The notes: generated by a model from the letters alone, not told the origin. Shown: positions 18,706 through 29,345, numbered from the whole stretch's first letter. The stretch: DNA of 63,978 bases, filler included, from Acidimicrobiia bacterium (GCA_046759765.1; 12 parts of 12 records of this genome joined end to end with filler, not necessarily neighbours in it), one strand, 5' to 3'. Translations and numbers: made by a program.

Positions 18706-19502
18706 GCCGTCTCCCCCAGAACCGACCGAGCCAGCTCGGCGACGCGCTCCTCGGAAATCTCTCGATACCCGTCACCCGAGACGGTTGCCACGTTGGGAAA
18801 GATCTCGCGGCGAAGATCGGGGCCTCCGGTCGATGTGTCCTCCTCGGCGGCGACCACCAGCGCCTCCAGGGCCAGCCGCAGCCCGTCCTCGACACTGAGA
18901 CCGGGGCGGAAGGCGCTGCGAAGGTGTGACTTGGCCTCCCGGCCCCCCGATCCGGCGGCGGCGAAGTCCTGTTCCTCGTAACGGCCACCGACGACGTCGA
19001 AGCTGTACAGCCGGCCGACGGCCTCCCTCTCGTCGTAGCCACAGAACAGCGGCACCACGCCCAGCCCCTGGAATGCCATCGGTAGCTGTCGCCGCACCAT
19101 CGCGGCGAGGTGGTTGGCCTTGCCGTCGAGGCTGAGCCGGGCGCCCTCCAGCTTCTCGTAATGCTCCAGCTCGGTTTGGAACAGGCGAATCAGCTCCAGC
19201 GCTACTCCCGCGGTTCCAGAGATGGCGACCGCCGAGAAGTTGTCTGCCGGAAAGACCTTCTGGACTCGACGGTGTGCCACGAGGTGCCCCTCGGTGGCTT
19301 GGCGGTCGCCGACCATCGCCACACCGTCCTCGTATCGCACGGCGAGGACAGTGGTTCCCTCCAGCGTTCCGAGTTGGGTGGTGTCGCCTTGCGGTATCTC
19401 CCAGCGCGGTTCCAGTTGGCTGGTGCGCAGCAGTGCTACGAAGCTGGAGGCTGGGGTGACCGGGTCCGCGGGCAGCCCGTCGGGCAACCGGTCTGTGTTC
19501 AC
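18702..19502 (-). CDS. prcB: proteasome beta subunit
   Basis: Propeptide then G|TTVLA (catalytic Thr1), GDRQATEG, ELEHYEKLEG, GSG. Confidence 0.95.
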   Translation of the reverse strand: MNTDRLPDGLPADPVTPASSFVALLRTSQLEPRWEIPQGDTTQLGTLEGTTVLAVRYEDGVAMVGDRQATEGHLVAHRRVQKVFPADNFSAVAISGTAGVALELIRLFQTELEHYEKLEGARLSLDGKANHLAAMVRRQLPMAFQGLGVVPLFCGYDEREAVGRLYSFDVVGGRYEEQDFAAAGSGGREAKSHLRSAFRPGLSVEDGLRLALEALVVAAEEDTSTGGPDLRREIFPNVATVSGDGYREISEERVAELARSVLGETA

Positions 19503-19693
19503 TCCCCGCCCTTTTGCACGTAGTTCTTGACGAACTCCTCTGCGTTCTCCTCGAGGACCGTGTCGATCTCTTCGAGGAGATCGTCGATGCGCTCGGTCAG
19601 CTCCTCACCCAACTCAGACGGGGCTTCCTCCGCGGCTTCGGCGTCCGACTCAGTCTTGTCCGGCTGGGTCTGCCTCCGCTCCTTCTCGGCCAT
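19499..19693 (-). CDS. pup: prokaryotic ubiquitin-like protein Pup
   Basis: DDLLEEIDTVLEENAEEFVKNYVQKGGE; AGGAGG RBS. Confidence 0.97.
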   Translation of the reverse strand: MAEKERRQTQPDKTESDAEAAEEAPSELGEELTERIDDLLEEIDTVLEENAEEFVKNYVQKGGE

Positions 19694-21170
19694 GCTCACC
19701 TCCTAGCGCTTCCACCAGGTCGGCGGCCTCCGGGGACCTGTCCAGTAGGTCGCCGACGCGCTCCTTGTCGCCCCGCAACGGCTCCATCATAGGCACCCGC
19801 TTCAGCGCCTCTTCTCCGACGTCGAAGACGAGTGAATCCCAGTTGGCCGCCACCAAGGCCTCGGCATACCGAGCGACGCATTCGCCCCTGAAGTAGGCCC
19901 TGGTGCGGTCCGGAGGCGATCCGACCGCCGTCCCCACCTCCTCGTCGGTGAACAGCCGCTGCATGCGTCCGGAACGAACCAGGCGGTGGTAAAGACCCCG
20001 CTCGGGATCGACGTCGTGATACTGGAGGTCCAACAGCCGCAGCTTGGTGTCATCCCAGTCGAGGCCGTCCCGCTCCCGGTATCCGAGCAGCAGCCGGTAC
20101 TTGGCCACCCAGTCGAGGCGGTCGGCGGTGCGCATGGGGTCCTGCTCCAGGTCGTGTAGCACTTGCTCCCAGGTGTCGAGCACCGATGAGTACACCGGTT
20201 CGATCTCCGCCACCTCGGCGTACTTCCTCGCCCATTCGAAGTACTGCCATTGAAGGTTGAGGGCGGTCGCCGTGCTTCCGTCGGATAGGCGCAGCACATG
20301 CTGTAACTCGGGATCGTGGCTGACCTGCCACACCGAGTCGACCGGGTTCTCCAGCATGATCGGCTCCGGAAGCGCTCCATCCTCCAGTGCCGCCAGGATC
20401 AGCGCCGCCGACCCCAGCTTGAGGAAGGTCTGGATCTCCGACAGAGTGGCGTCGCCGATGATGACGTGGAGCCGCCGGTACTTGCCCGGTTCGGCGTGGG
20501 GTTCATCCCGGGTGTTGATGATGGGCCGCTTGAGCGTGGTCTCCAACCCGACCTCTTCTTCGAAGAAGTCAGCCCGCTGCGTGATCTGGTAGTTCGCTTG
20601 GGGCCGCCCGTTCTCTGATCCGAGCTTGCCCGACCCGGTGAAGATCTGCCGGCTCACCAGGAAGGCGGTGAAGTGGTGCACCACGTCACCGAACGGCAGC
20701 TCCCGGGCCAGCAGGTAGTTCTCGTGGCACCCGTACGAGTTCCCCTTGCCATCGCTGTTGTTCTTGTGGATGAGCAAGCGCTCTCCTGGACCGAGCAGCT
20801 CCTGTGCGGAGCGGACCGCTCGAGCCAGTACCACTTCTCCGGCCTTGTCGAAGAGGACTGCTTCGAGTGGATCGAAGCACTCCGGCGTCGAGTACTCGGG
20901 GTGGGCGTGGTCGACGTAAAGGCGGGCACCGTTGGTGAGCACGACGTTGACCAGGCCGGTCTCGAAATCCGTCGCCGGGGCTCCCTCAAACCCGAAGCCG
21001 CGGGCGTCGCGTCCGGGGGATTCCTCTTCGTATGACCACTGGATTCGGGCGCGCCCTCCCGCGTAGGAGTTGATGACCATGCTCGACGAGAGCACCGGGT
21101 TGAAGTCGGGCTGGTTTTGGACCGTGATGCCGTATTCGGTCTCGGTCCCGAGGACCTTATGCAGCGCCAT
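19650..21170 (-). CDS. dop: depupylase/deamidase Dop
   Basis: GTETEYGI, LTNGARLYVDHAHPEYSTPE, KNNSDGKGNSYGCHENYL, ETTLKRPIINTRDEPHA. Confidence 0.95.
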   Translation of the reverse strand: MALHKVLGTETEYGITVQNQPDFNPVLSSSMVINSYAGGRARIQWSYEEESPGRDARGFGFEGAPATDFETGLVNVVLTNGARLYVDHAHPEYSTPECFDPLEAVLFDKAGEVVLARAVRSAQELLGPGERLLIHKNNSDGKGNSYGCHENYLLARELPFGDVVHHFTAFLVSRQIFTGSGKLGSENGRPQANYQITQRADFFEEEVGLETTLKRPIINTRDEPHAEPGKYRRLHVIIGDATLSEIQTFLKLGSAALILAALEDGALPEPIMLENPVDSVWQVSHDPELQHVLRLSDGSTATALNLQWQYFEWARKYAEVAEIEPVYSSVLDTWEQVLHDLEQDPMRTADRLDWVAKYRLLLGYRERDGLDWDDTKLRLLDLQYHDVDPERGLYHRLVRSGRMQRLFTDEEVGTAVGSPPDRTRAYFRGECVARYAEALVAANWDSLVFDVGEEALKRVPMMEPLRGDKERVGDLLDRSPEAADLVEALGGEHGREGAEADPAGQD

Positions 21171-21176
21171 CAGGGC

Positions 21177-22898
21177 TCACAGGTACTGGCCGGTGGTGAT
21201 GGCTTCGATGCTTCGGCTTTCTCCGTCTCCTGCGAGCAGGGTGCGAACGTAGATGATCCGCTCGCCCTTCTTTCCGGAGATGCGGGCCCAGTCGTCTGGG
21301 TTGGTGGTGTTGGGGAGATCTTCGTGCTCTCGAAACTCCTGGGCGATGGCGTCAAGGAGGTCGTTGGTACGCACCCCGGGGGGCCCGTCGCTGATCTCCC
21401 GCTTGATCGCCTCTTTCTTGGCGCGTCGGACGATGTTCTCCATCATCGCCCCGCTGGAGAAGTCTCTGAAGTGGAGGATGTCCTTGTCTCCGTTGGAGTA
21501 GGTGACCTCCAGGAAGCGGTTCTTCTCATCGGTCGAGTACATCTGCTCGACCACCCGATCGATCATGTTGTTGACCAGAGCCTGCCGATCGCCGCCGAAT
21601 CGGGTCAGTTCCTCCTCGGCCAGGGGGATGGTCGGCACCAAGTAGATGGCGAAGACCTCCCGGGCCGCGTCGAGGTCGGGGCGCTCGATCTTTATCTTCA
21701 CGTCCAGCCGGCCGGGTCGCAGGATGGCCGGGTCGATGAGGTCCTCGCGGTTGGAGGCCCCGATCACGATCACGTTCTTGAGGGTCTCAACGCCGTCCAG
21801 TTCGGAGAGGAGTTGGGGAACGATGGTCGATTCGACGTCCGACGAGATCCCACTGCCCCGGGTGCGGAAGAGCGAATCCATCTCGTCGAAGAACACGATG
21901 ACGGGCACCCCCTCATCGGACTTCTCCTTGGCCCGGGCAAAGATGAGGCGGATCTGGCGCTCAGTTTCGCCAACATACTTGTTCAGCAGCTCCGGACCCT
22001 TGATGTTGAGGAAGTAGGACCGCGAATCCTCGTCACCGGTCTTGGCCGCCACCGCCCGGGCGAGGCTGTTGGCAACCGCCTTGGCGATCAGCGTCTTGCC
22101 GCACCCCGGCGGCCCGTAGAGCAGCACACCCTTGGGGGCGGCGAGGTCGTACTCATCGAACAGCACTTTGTGCAGATAAGGCAGTTCCACCGCGTCGCGG
22201 ATCGACTCGATCTGAGCACTGAGCCCCCCGATGTCGCTGTACTCGATGTCGGGGACCTCTTCCAGCACCAGCTCTTCGACCTCGGGCCGTACCAACCGCT
22301 CGAACGTCATGCCAGTGCGAGGGTCGATCCGCACTTGGTCCCCAATGCGGAGGAACTGGTCCTCCATCGGGCCGGCGAGCTCTACGACCCGTTCCTCGTC
22401 GGCCCGTCCGAGCACGATGATGCGGCGGTCGCCGAGGATCTCCTTGATGGTGACGACTTCTCCGGTCGGTTCGAAGTTGCGGACGTCGATGACGTTGAAG
22501 GCCTCGTTGAGCAGCACCTCCTGGCCTCGTTCCAGCTGCTTGACCTCGATGGTTGGCTCGACGTTGACCCGGAGCTTGCGGCCAGAGGTGAATACGTCCA
22601 CCGTGCCGTCGGGATTGAGGTCCATGACGATCCCGAAGGGGTTGGGGGGCGAAGTGAGTTTCTCGACCTCGTCGCGCAGCACCGCGAGCTGCTCGCGGGT
22701 CTCTTCCAGGACAGCGGAGAGCTTCTCGTTTTGGGCGCCGGCCTGGGCGAGACGGCCCCTGGCCTCGAGCAGCCGCTCCTCCAGCACCCGTACCCTCCTG
22801 GGAGCATCCTGCAGCCGTCGGCGCAGGATGGCGATCTCCTCCTCGAGCATCTTGACCGTATTCCGAAGCTCAGTCGCCTCTCGGTCGAAATCTTCCAA
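21177..22898 (-). CDS. arc: proteasome-associated AAA ATPase ARC/Mpa
   Basis: Coiled coil, [26 protein letters not shown]-terminal GQYL; TTG start inferred from RBS. Confidence 0.95.
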   Translation of the reverse strand: MEDFDREATELRNTVKMLEEEIAILRRRLQDAPRRVRVLEERLLEARGRLAQAGAQNEKLSAVLEETREQLAVLRDEVEKLTSPPNPFGIVMDLNPDGTVDVFTSGRKLRVNVEPTIEVKQLERGQEVLLNEAFNVIDVRNFEPTGEVVTIKEILGDRRIIVLGRADEERVVELAGPMEDQFLRIGDQVRIDPRTGMTFERLVRPEVEELVLEEVPDIEYSDIGGLSAQIESIRDAVELPYLHKVLFDEYDLAAPKGVLLYGPPGCGKTLIAKAVANSLARAVAAKTGDEDSRSYFLNIKGPELLNKYVGETERQIRLIFARAKEKSDEGVPVIVFFDEMDSLFRTRGSGISSDVESTIVPQLLSELDGVETLKNVIVIGASNREDLIDPAILRPGRLDVKIKIERPDLDAAREVFAIYLVPTIPLAEEELTRFGGDRQALVNNMIDRVVEQMYSTDEKNRFLEVTYSNGDKDILHFRDFSSGAMMENIVRRAKKEAIKREISDGPPGVRTNDLLDAIAQEFREHEDLPNTTNPDDWARISGKKGERIIYVRTLLAGDGESRSIEAITTGQYL

Positions 22899-23171
22899 CT
22901 CCGGCCCCTCGCTCGTCTCAGCCTCTATATCGACACAATATTGCCCGTCCTTTCGGAGTATAAGACCGTTGCGGACTTGGGCCGTGCAACCCGGTAGCTT
23001 GTGACAACCGGCCTCTTGGCTACAATCCCGCAAAGGCGCTCCGAGGAACCCGAGGACCCATGAAGGTTTGGNNNNNNNNNNNNNNNNNNNNNNNNNNNNN
23101 NNNNNNNNNNNNNNNTTAATTAATTAANNNNNNNNNNNNNNNNNNNNNNNNNNNNNNNNNNNNNNNNNNNN

Positions 23172-23740
23172 TCTGGTGGCTGGCAGGGAGCTTCTGGGTG
23201 TGTGGCGTGACCACTGCCGGGCTGATCGACCCGCACTTCATTCCCCACGCCGAGGACTTGGAGATCGACCGAGTGACCGCGGCGATGGCCGTCGGCGTGC
23301 TCGGCACCGTGAACCTGCTGGCAGCCTTGGCGTCGGGCGTGCTGTCCGACCGGTGGGGGTACGAGCGGGTACTGGGGTGGATCTACATGGGCCGCGCGGT
23401 GGCGCTCATCTTCCTGCTGTTTGTCCGCGATGCGACGATGCTCTTCGTCTTCACCGTCGCGTTCGGCATCGTCTACTTCTCCACCGTTCCGCCCACGATG
23501 GCGCTTTCCACGACGCTCTTTGGCCGGCGCTCCGGTGGGACCGTGGTCGGCCTGGTCGCCCTGAGCCACCAGATCGGCTCGGCGATGGGCTCCTACGGCG
23601 GGGGCTTGATCCACGACGCGACGGGAAGCTACGCGCTTTTCTTCCTGAGCGGAGCGCTTCTCTGCGTCCCGGCGGGAGGCATGAGCTGGGCAATCTCCCA
23701 GGTGCCGGCGGCCGCCCGCGCCGAGCGATCGCCCGCTTAA
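23172..23740 (+). CDS. MFS transporter, 5' partial
   Basis: FWVCG, GVLSDRWG, STVPPT, SHQIGSA, GGLIHDATGSY. Confidence 0.85.
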
Positions 23741-23791
23741 CCTGAAAGTGTAGGTTGCCGCGTCCGACCGGGTCCGACGGTCTCTCTCGGC

Positions 23792-24730
23792 TCAGCGAGG
23801 TAACACCTCGAGATAGATGAGCGTGGTCTCTCCTTGCCCGTGCGAGTGGCTCTGCCCATGGCTCGAGCCAGCTCCATGCACGCCCGAGCGATGCAGGGTA
23901 ATCGGGAAACGACCCGTCGCATGGGCCTTGAACGTGAAACTCGTGGGTGCACCGGGTGTGACGACGGTCTCGACGTCATAGCCGTGAAGGTGGAGCTTCG
24001 CCCGCTGATCCGTGCTCCAGCGGATCTCCACGCGCTCCCCCCGGTGAACACGAATCACCTCTTTCTGATCCGCGAGTTTGTGCTGCGTGATCGAGAGATG
24101 AAACACGCGATCCGCGTCGGGGCCACTCCTGTCTGCTCCCGGGTTTGGCTGGGCGGGCCGTGACTGATCTTCGTGCGTCGGGCCGCCGGCATGCACGGGA
24201 TGATGCTCGGATTTCAAACTCATCAGGTACGCCACGAGGTCGATGAGCTGTGTGACGGTGAGCGTGTCGTTGTAGTCAGGCATGCGAGAGAGGCCATCGG
24301 CCTCTGTATATCCTTCGCCGAGCACGACGACCGCACTCGGGTTCAGGATGGTCTCGGCGAAATATTCCGGCGGGTGATGGGTGCCCATTCCTGTGAGATC
24401 GGGTCCCACGTCGCCGACATCACGCTCGTGGGCGGGAAACTGTTCGCCGGCGACGGCGTGGCACGTGTAGCACTTCATGGCGATGTAGACCTCGCGGCCC
24501 GTCTCCGCGTCTCCGTCGGGGAGGCTGAACTCCCATCCTGGTGGCACACCGCCGTGTTTGTGCAGCTCCTCCATGTTCATCCGGAACGGCGGTTTCGCGA
24601 GGTCGTCAGCGTCGGCGGCCTGAATACGGTCGTCATTCGTGATCTTCCGGTCGTGCGGGCCGCCTACGACTGAGGCCGTCAGGCCCAGAGCGAGGGTGAG
24701 TCCGGCGCCGACCAGTTTCCAGGTAGTCAT
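23792..24730 (-). CDS. secreted c-type cytochrome fused to a His-rich cupredoxin-like domain
   Basis: Signal peptide, CYTCH heme motif, GPDLT, SRMPDY; C-terminal VHRGERVEIRW..LHLHGYD..GRFPITLH; GAGGAGG RBS. Confidence 0.8.
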   Translation of the reverse strand: MTTWKLVGAGLTLALGLTASVVGGPHDRKITNDDRIQAADADDLAKPPFRMNMEELHKHGGVPPGWEFSLPDGDAETGREVYIAMKCYTCHAVAGEQFPAHERDVGDVGPDLTGMGTHHPPEYFAETILNPSAVVVLGEGYTEADGLSRMPDYNDTLTVTQLIDLVAYLMSLKSEHHPVHAGGPTHEDQSRPAQPNPGADRSGPDADRVFHLSITQHKLADQKEVIRVHRGERVEIRWSTDQRAKLHLHGYDVETVVTPGAPTSFTFKAHATGRFPITLHRSGVHGAGSSHGQSHSHGQGETTLIYLEVLPR

Positions 24731-24819
24731 GAGAGAGCCTCCTCGATGAGCTTTCATCTGATCTGGGACACGTCGAACGGGGAGGTGTCTCAGGTCAGGG
24801 CACTCTAAAGGGTGATCGC

Positions 24820-25134
24820 TTATGCGGAGGATGAAGCCTGGGGGGGCGCGCGCGGGTGGGTGCCAGTAGGGGGCAGAGAGACGAGGGAAGCTGCCGGGAG
24901 GGTCGGACGAACGTTTTCGGCCGCTGTGGGTGAGATGAGGGCGGGTGTATCGGACCGAAGCTCTGGTGTCTGCTGGCCGAGGGTCCGATACGAGCAGTCG
25001 GGATGGGTCTCGCTAGTGTCGACGAGGTGGTGGACCAAATGTGGTGGAAGCGCGATGAGATAGGCGCCGAAGAGAGCTGCCGTCAGGCTACCTAGAACGA
25101 GTCGGCGGGGCCGATGCAGCGCCAACCTGTCCAT
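24820..25134 (-). CDS. DUF2946-like leader protein ending in a RAPP motif
   Basis: N-terminal TM, PHLVHH, single Cys, Pro-rich linker, HPRAPPQ near the C-terminus; TATAAT 6 nt upstream of ATG. Confidence 0.65.
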   Translation of the reverse strand: MDRLALHRPRRLVLGSLTAALFGAYLIALPPHLVHHLVDTSETHPDCSYRTLGQQTPELRSDTPALISPTAAENVRPTLPAASLVSLPPTGTHPRAPPQASSSA

Positions 25135-25555
25135 AAATTTATTATATGCGGATGTCAGGAGGGATCCTAACTTTGGTCTGACCGACCGCGGGCAAGAAAC
25201 GTCGACACGACGCAGTGACACGTAGGTCCCGGCCACTTGCGAGAAGAGCGCGTCGGACGTATTCGGATACGATCCACTTCTCGATGAACGAGTCGGAGGA
25301 GCCAGCGGTCGTGCTCGTCGTGATGCTCAAGGAGCGCTGAGTAGCGGATCTGGCGCCATGCGTTCGGAGCGCCCGGTCCTTGACACTCTGTTGACTGGGG
25401 CCTAGACTTCGACTGAGCCTCCAATTCAGTCCCTCTGACCTCCAGGGAGGGATTCATGCCTCTGGATCGCTCTCGAGATATCCCTTCGATACCCTCGTTG
25501 ATCCTCGGCGACCGGCCATCGGTCCGTGGTCCGCAGACCGGAGGGGGGCAACGCA

Positions 25556-26785
25556 ATGAGTTTTAACAAAGTGTTTCTCGGGGGCGCGGTCATCTTGGCG
25601 CTCGTGCTCGGTTTGGTGTTGGTGGCTACGGGAGAGGCTCAGCGACCCATTCGAATCGGCGGCTCTCTTTCCCAGACGGGAGCCTACGCGCTCCTCGGGC
25701 AAACCCAGTACCGGGGCGTCCAGCTGTGCGTCAGGCAGGCGAACATGAAGGGTGGGCTCCTCGGACGGGCAATCGACCTGATCGTGGAGGACGACCGGTC
25801 CCAGGCCGCCACAGCCGTGCAGATCTACGAACGCCTCATCACCGAGGACAAAGTGGACGCGGTCATTGGTCCCTACTCCTCGACCATCACGGAGGCTGTG
25901 GCGAACGTAACCGAGAAGCACCGGATGCCCATGGTGGCGTCCGGAGCCGCCAGCAGCTCGATCTTCAAGAAGGGACGCAGGTTTGTCTTCATGGTGCTCT
26001 CGCCCACTGACGTGTATTTCGAAGGACTCCTTGATCTCGCGGCCCAACGCGGGCTCAAAACGATTGCGCTGGTCTATCAAGACACGCTCTTCCCTCGGTC
26101 GACGGTCCAGGGCGGACAGCAGCTCGCGAGAAAGCGTGGCCTCCAGCCCGTCTTGGTCGAGGCGTACGCGAAGGGAACGACCGACTTCTCCGCCGTTCTG
26201 AGGAAGGTGCGCGCCGCTAGCCCGGACGTCCTCGCCGCAGCAACATATTTTAACGACGCCGTGGCCATCACTCGTCTACTGAAGAAGCTCAACATCAATC
26301 CGAAAATGTACGGCGCAACGGTCGGTGTGCATTTGCCGAGGTTCCACGAAGTCCTCAGGCGGAGTGCGGAGTTCGTTTACGGGGCGACGCAATGGGAGAA
26401 GGAGCTTGTCACGCTGCGCGCTGGTGGCCTCGTCCCGATTGGCCGTGAATACCCGGGCGCTCGAGAGTTCGTCGAGGCATACCGAAAGGAGTTTCCGGGG
26501 GCCCACTTCTCCCACCTGACGGCGGCAAGCTATGCCGGCTGTCAGATCCTCCTGGAGGCGATGCGGCGCGCCGGCTCGCCGGAGGGCAGCGAGGTAAGAG
26601 AAGCGATCTTGAAGATGGATCTGAACACCGTGTATGGCGCCTTCAGGGTGAACCAGGAAGGGCTCCAGGTGGCTCACAAGATGATGTGGTTCCAGTGGCA
26701 GGACGGCAAGAAGGTCATCGTCTGGCCTCGAGAGCTGACCCCAAGAGAACCACGCTTCCCGACGCCTCCGTGGCACCAGCGCTGA
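25556..26785 (+). CDS. branched-chain amino acid ABC substrate-binding protein
   Basis: IRIGGSLSQTG, GGLLGR, GPYSS, QWQDGKKVIVWP; non-lipoprotein signal peptide. Confidence 0.85.
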   Translation: MSFNKVFLGGAVILALVLGLVLVATGEAQRPIRIGGSLSQTGAYALLGQTQYRGVQLCVRQANMKGGLLGRAIDLIVEDDRSQAATAVQIYERLITEDKVDAVIGPYSSTITEAVANVTEKHRMPMVASGAASSSIFKKGRRFVFMVLSPTDVYFEGLLDLAAQRGLKTIALVYQDTLFPRSTVQGGQQLARKRGLQPVLVEAYAKGTTDFSAVLRKVRAASPDVLAAATYFNDAVAITRLLKKLNINPKMYGATVGVHLPRFHEVLRRSAEFVYGATQWEKELVTLRAGGLVPIGREYPGAREFVEAYRKEFPGAHFSHLTAASYAGCQILLEAMRRAGSPEGSEVREAILKMDLNTVYGAFRVNQEGLQVAHKMMWFQWQDGKKVIVWPRELTPREPRFPTPPWHQR

Positions 26786-26837
26786 CATGTCGACCCTCAG
26801 GACCTCTGTGGATGGGACCATCTAGAGCGCTGGGAGG

Positions 26838-27809
26838 ATGGTGATCATCGCTCGGTCGTGCGTGAGTCTGCTCCTTTTCGCTCTCGTCGCGTCCCCAGTT
26901 GGGGCCCAGCAAGTGCGTGGCGTCTACCGGGTCGGGGTTCTCAACCAGGCGTGGGCTCCAAATCATCCAGCGGCCGACGGACTCAAGGCAGGGCTCAGGG
27001 AACTCGGGTTCGAGGAGAACAAGAATGTAACCTTCGACATCCGTTTCACTGAGGGGAATCCAGAGCTGACTCGTGCTGCGGCCGCTGCACTCGTGCAGGC
27101 GGGGGTTGACGTCATCTTCACGAGCAATGAGTCCGCGACGCAAGCGGCCGGCGCCGCCACCCAGGAGATTCCCATCGTCTTCACCATGGTAGGTGATCCC
27201 GTGGCCGCCGGCATCGTCGCTCAGGTTGCCCGTCCGGGGGGGAACCTCACTGGGGTCTCGAGCCTGCACACGGAGCTCGTGCCCAAGCGACTGGAGGTCC
27301 TGAAGACGCTTGTGCCCACCCTCCGCCGGGTGTGGGCTATCTATTTTGCCGGCGATCCCTCGTCGGTGGCGGCCGTGCGTGAGGCCCAAGAGGCTGCCCC
27401 GTCTCTGAAGTTAGAGCTCGTGGCGCGGCCGGTGCGTACGCCGAAAGAAGTTGCCCACGCTCTTGAGGCGCTCCGCCCCGGCGACGGTCTCCTGCCTCCA
27501 CCCCTGGCCATCCTGGATATCCCCGCTCAGATTCTCGAGGCATCGCTCTCGGCCCGAATTCCGGCGGTCTTTCCATCCGCGTTCTGGGTCAAGTACGGCG
27601 GCCTCCTGTCGTATGGATCCGACTACTACGCTGAGGGCTACCAGGCGTCGCGGCTCGTCGCAAAGATTCTTCGTGGAGCGCGGCCTCAGGATCTGCCCGT
27701 GGAGGGCGCAAACAGGATCGAGCTTGCCGTGAATATCAAATCGGCAAGGCGCTTGGGGCTGAGAGTCCCTCGAGGGCTCCTCATACGGGCGGACAAGGTC
27801 ATAGAGTGA
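26838..27809 (+). CDS. ABC transporter substrate-binding protein (ABC_sub_bind family)
   Basis: IPIVF...DPVAAG...ARPGGNLTG, GGLLSYG, KILRGARPQDLPVE, LLIRADKVIE. Confidence 0.9.
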   Translation: MVIIARSCVSLLLFALVASPVGAQQVRGVYRVGVLNQAWAPNHPAADGLKAGLRELGFEENKNVTFDIRFTEGNPELTRAAAAALVQAGVDVIFTSNESATQAAGAATQEIPIVFTMVGDPVAAGIVAQVARPGGNLTGVSSLHTELVPKRLEVLKTLVPTLRRVWAIYFAGDPSSVAAVREAQEAAPSLKLELVARPVRTPKEVAHALEALRPGDGLLPPPLAILDIPAQILEASLSARIPAVFPSAFWVKYGGLLSYGSDYYAEGYQASRLVAKILRGARPQDLPVEGANRIELAVNIKSARRLGLRVPRGLLIRADKVIE

Positions 27810-27998
27810 CCGTTCCAAATTGACCTCCACGTAACGACTCAGCGCCGTGCGGCGCCACCATGCCGGAATTACCGGACGTCGAGGGCTTAGCGCCTCGGCG
27901 GCCGTCCCGGCATGCCAGTGAAGAACACCGGGTGGTGGTAGTATGGACTCCAAAGCATCGGTCCGAACGCGCGTTCGCTGCGACCAAGGAGGAAGACA

Positions 27999-28729
27999 AT
28001 GGGGACGGCGGTGGAAGGCCTGGATCGTGTCGTTGAGTCGATGCGGCGCCCGATCCAGCAGTACGCGGAGGAGGTGCGCACCCTGGCGGGCGACAACGCG
28101 CTGGCGGTGACGCTCTTTGGCGCGATCGCGGCGGGTTCGTTCGACCGGGCGCGGCATACGGTTCGAAACGTCCTCGTGCTTCGGTCGGTAGACCTGGAGA
28201 TGCTCCGACGGCTGGCGAAGGACGGCACGAAGCTCGGGAAAGCGCGAATCGCAGCACCGCTGGTGATGACGCCGACGTACATCAAGGCCTCGCTGGACAC
28301 CTTCCCGCTGGAACTGATCGAGATCCATCAGTGCCACATTACCCTCTTTGGCCATGATCATTTCGAGACACTCTCGTTTCACGATGCGCATGTCCGGCTT
28401 CAATGCGAACGGGAACTCAAAACCATCCTGATCGAGATGCGTCAGGGATTGTTAGCCGCGGCGGGGCGCGAGAAGCTCTTCGCGGCGATGGAGGCCGATG
28501 TCGCGGAACGCCTGGTCCGAACGCTTCGCGGTCTGTTATGGCTAAAGGGCCAGAAGGATGCGAAGCCATCCGCTCACGTGATATCTGAAGTCGAAACCAT
28601 CATTGAACGAACATTACCGGGTGTCCGAGACGCGCTTGAGGTCTCGGGACCCCACGGATGGGACCAGTTTCAAACCCTGTACAAGGATGTCGAGACCGTG
28701 GTGGAGGTCTGCCAGGGAGCTGGCATCTC
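27999..28729 (+). CDS. degenerate nucleotidyltransferase-fold protein, 3' partial
   Basis: VTLFGAIAAGSF, SLDTFPLELIEI, RLQCERELK. Confidence 0.55.
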
Positions 28730-28829
28730 NNNNNNNNNNNNNNNNNNNNNNNNNNNNNNNNNNNNNNNNNNNNTTAATTAATTAANNNNNNNNNNNNNNN
28801 NNNNNNNNNNNNNNNNNNNNNNNNNNNNN

Positions 28830-29345
28830 ATCGAACGGACTCGGGCACGCACTGGACCGGGCGGAGCAGCAGGGCTAAGTTTCGTCGCCGATGCCGCCGG
28901 GACCTGGACCCTTTCGCTCGAAATGCACCTAAGCGACAGGTATGACCGCGTTTATTCGCTGCAGATCTCCGCGACGGCCGCTCCTCCGCCAACCCAGGGG
29001 CCACCGGACATCGACCTCCAGATCCTCCTGCCGCAGCAAATCCTGAATCAGGGTCAGGCCGCGTTCGAAGGTGATCAATTCACCGTGACCGTCGTGTCTT
29101 CCAACCAGGGCACCGGTCCGGCCAATGGCGTGTCCGTTACGTTGACCACCTCAGGGCCAGGCGAAGCACGTCTTAAGAGTCCAGCAACGGTCTTCTTGGG
29201 GGATCTTGCCCCGGGTCAGGGAAGTACGAATTCCTGGACGGTTGAAGCGAAAAAGGGACCCGGGATCACCCTGACATTCACCGCCCAAGAAACTGACGGC
29301 ACGGTCGTCGGCCAGAACAGCGTCTCTTTGGCCGTCTTTAAGTAA
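28830..29345 (+). CDS. secreted protein C-terminus with CARDB/Ig-like domain, 5' partial
   Basis: Pro-rich linker then FTVTVVSSNQGTGPANGV...GDLAPGQ..SWTV. Confidence 0.6.
   Translation: MERTRARTGPGGAAGLSFVADAAGTWTLSLEMHLSDRYDRVYSLQISATAAPPPTQGPPDIDLQILLPQQILNQGQAAFEGDQFTVTVVSSNQGTGPANGVSVTLTTSGPGEARLKSPATVFLGDLAPGQGSTNSWTVEAKKGPGITLTFTAQETDGTVVGQNSVSLAVFK

Noticed and set aside
21117..22997. 626-aa ORF antisense to arc, and similar long antisense ORFs such as 30557-32509
   Set aside because: Shadow ORFs caused by high-GC codon bias; the opposite strand carries the recognisable genes.
23060..23071. ATG AAG GTT TGG (MKVW) after an RBS, possibly a ferredoxin start divergent from arc
   Set aside because: Only four codons before the contig break; cannot be supported.
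25263..25340. Cupin-like C-terminal remnant (DTIHFSMNESEEPAVVLVVMLKER*)
   Set aside because: Too short and lacks a start; needs a homology search.
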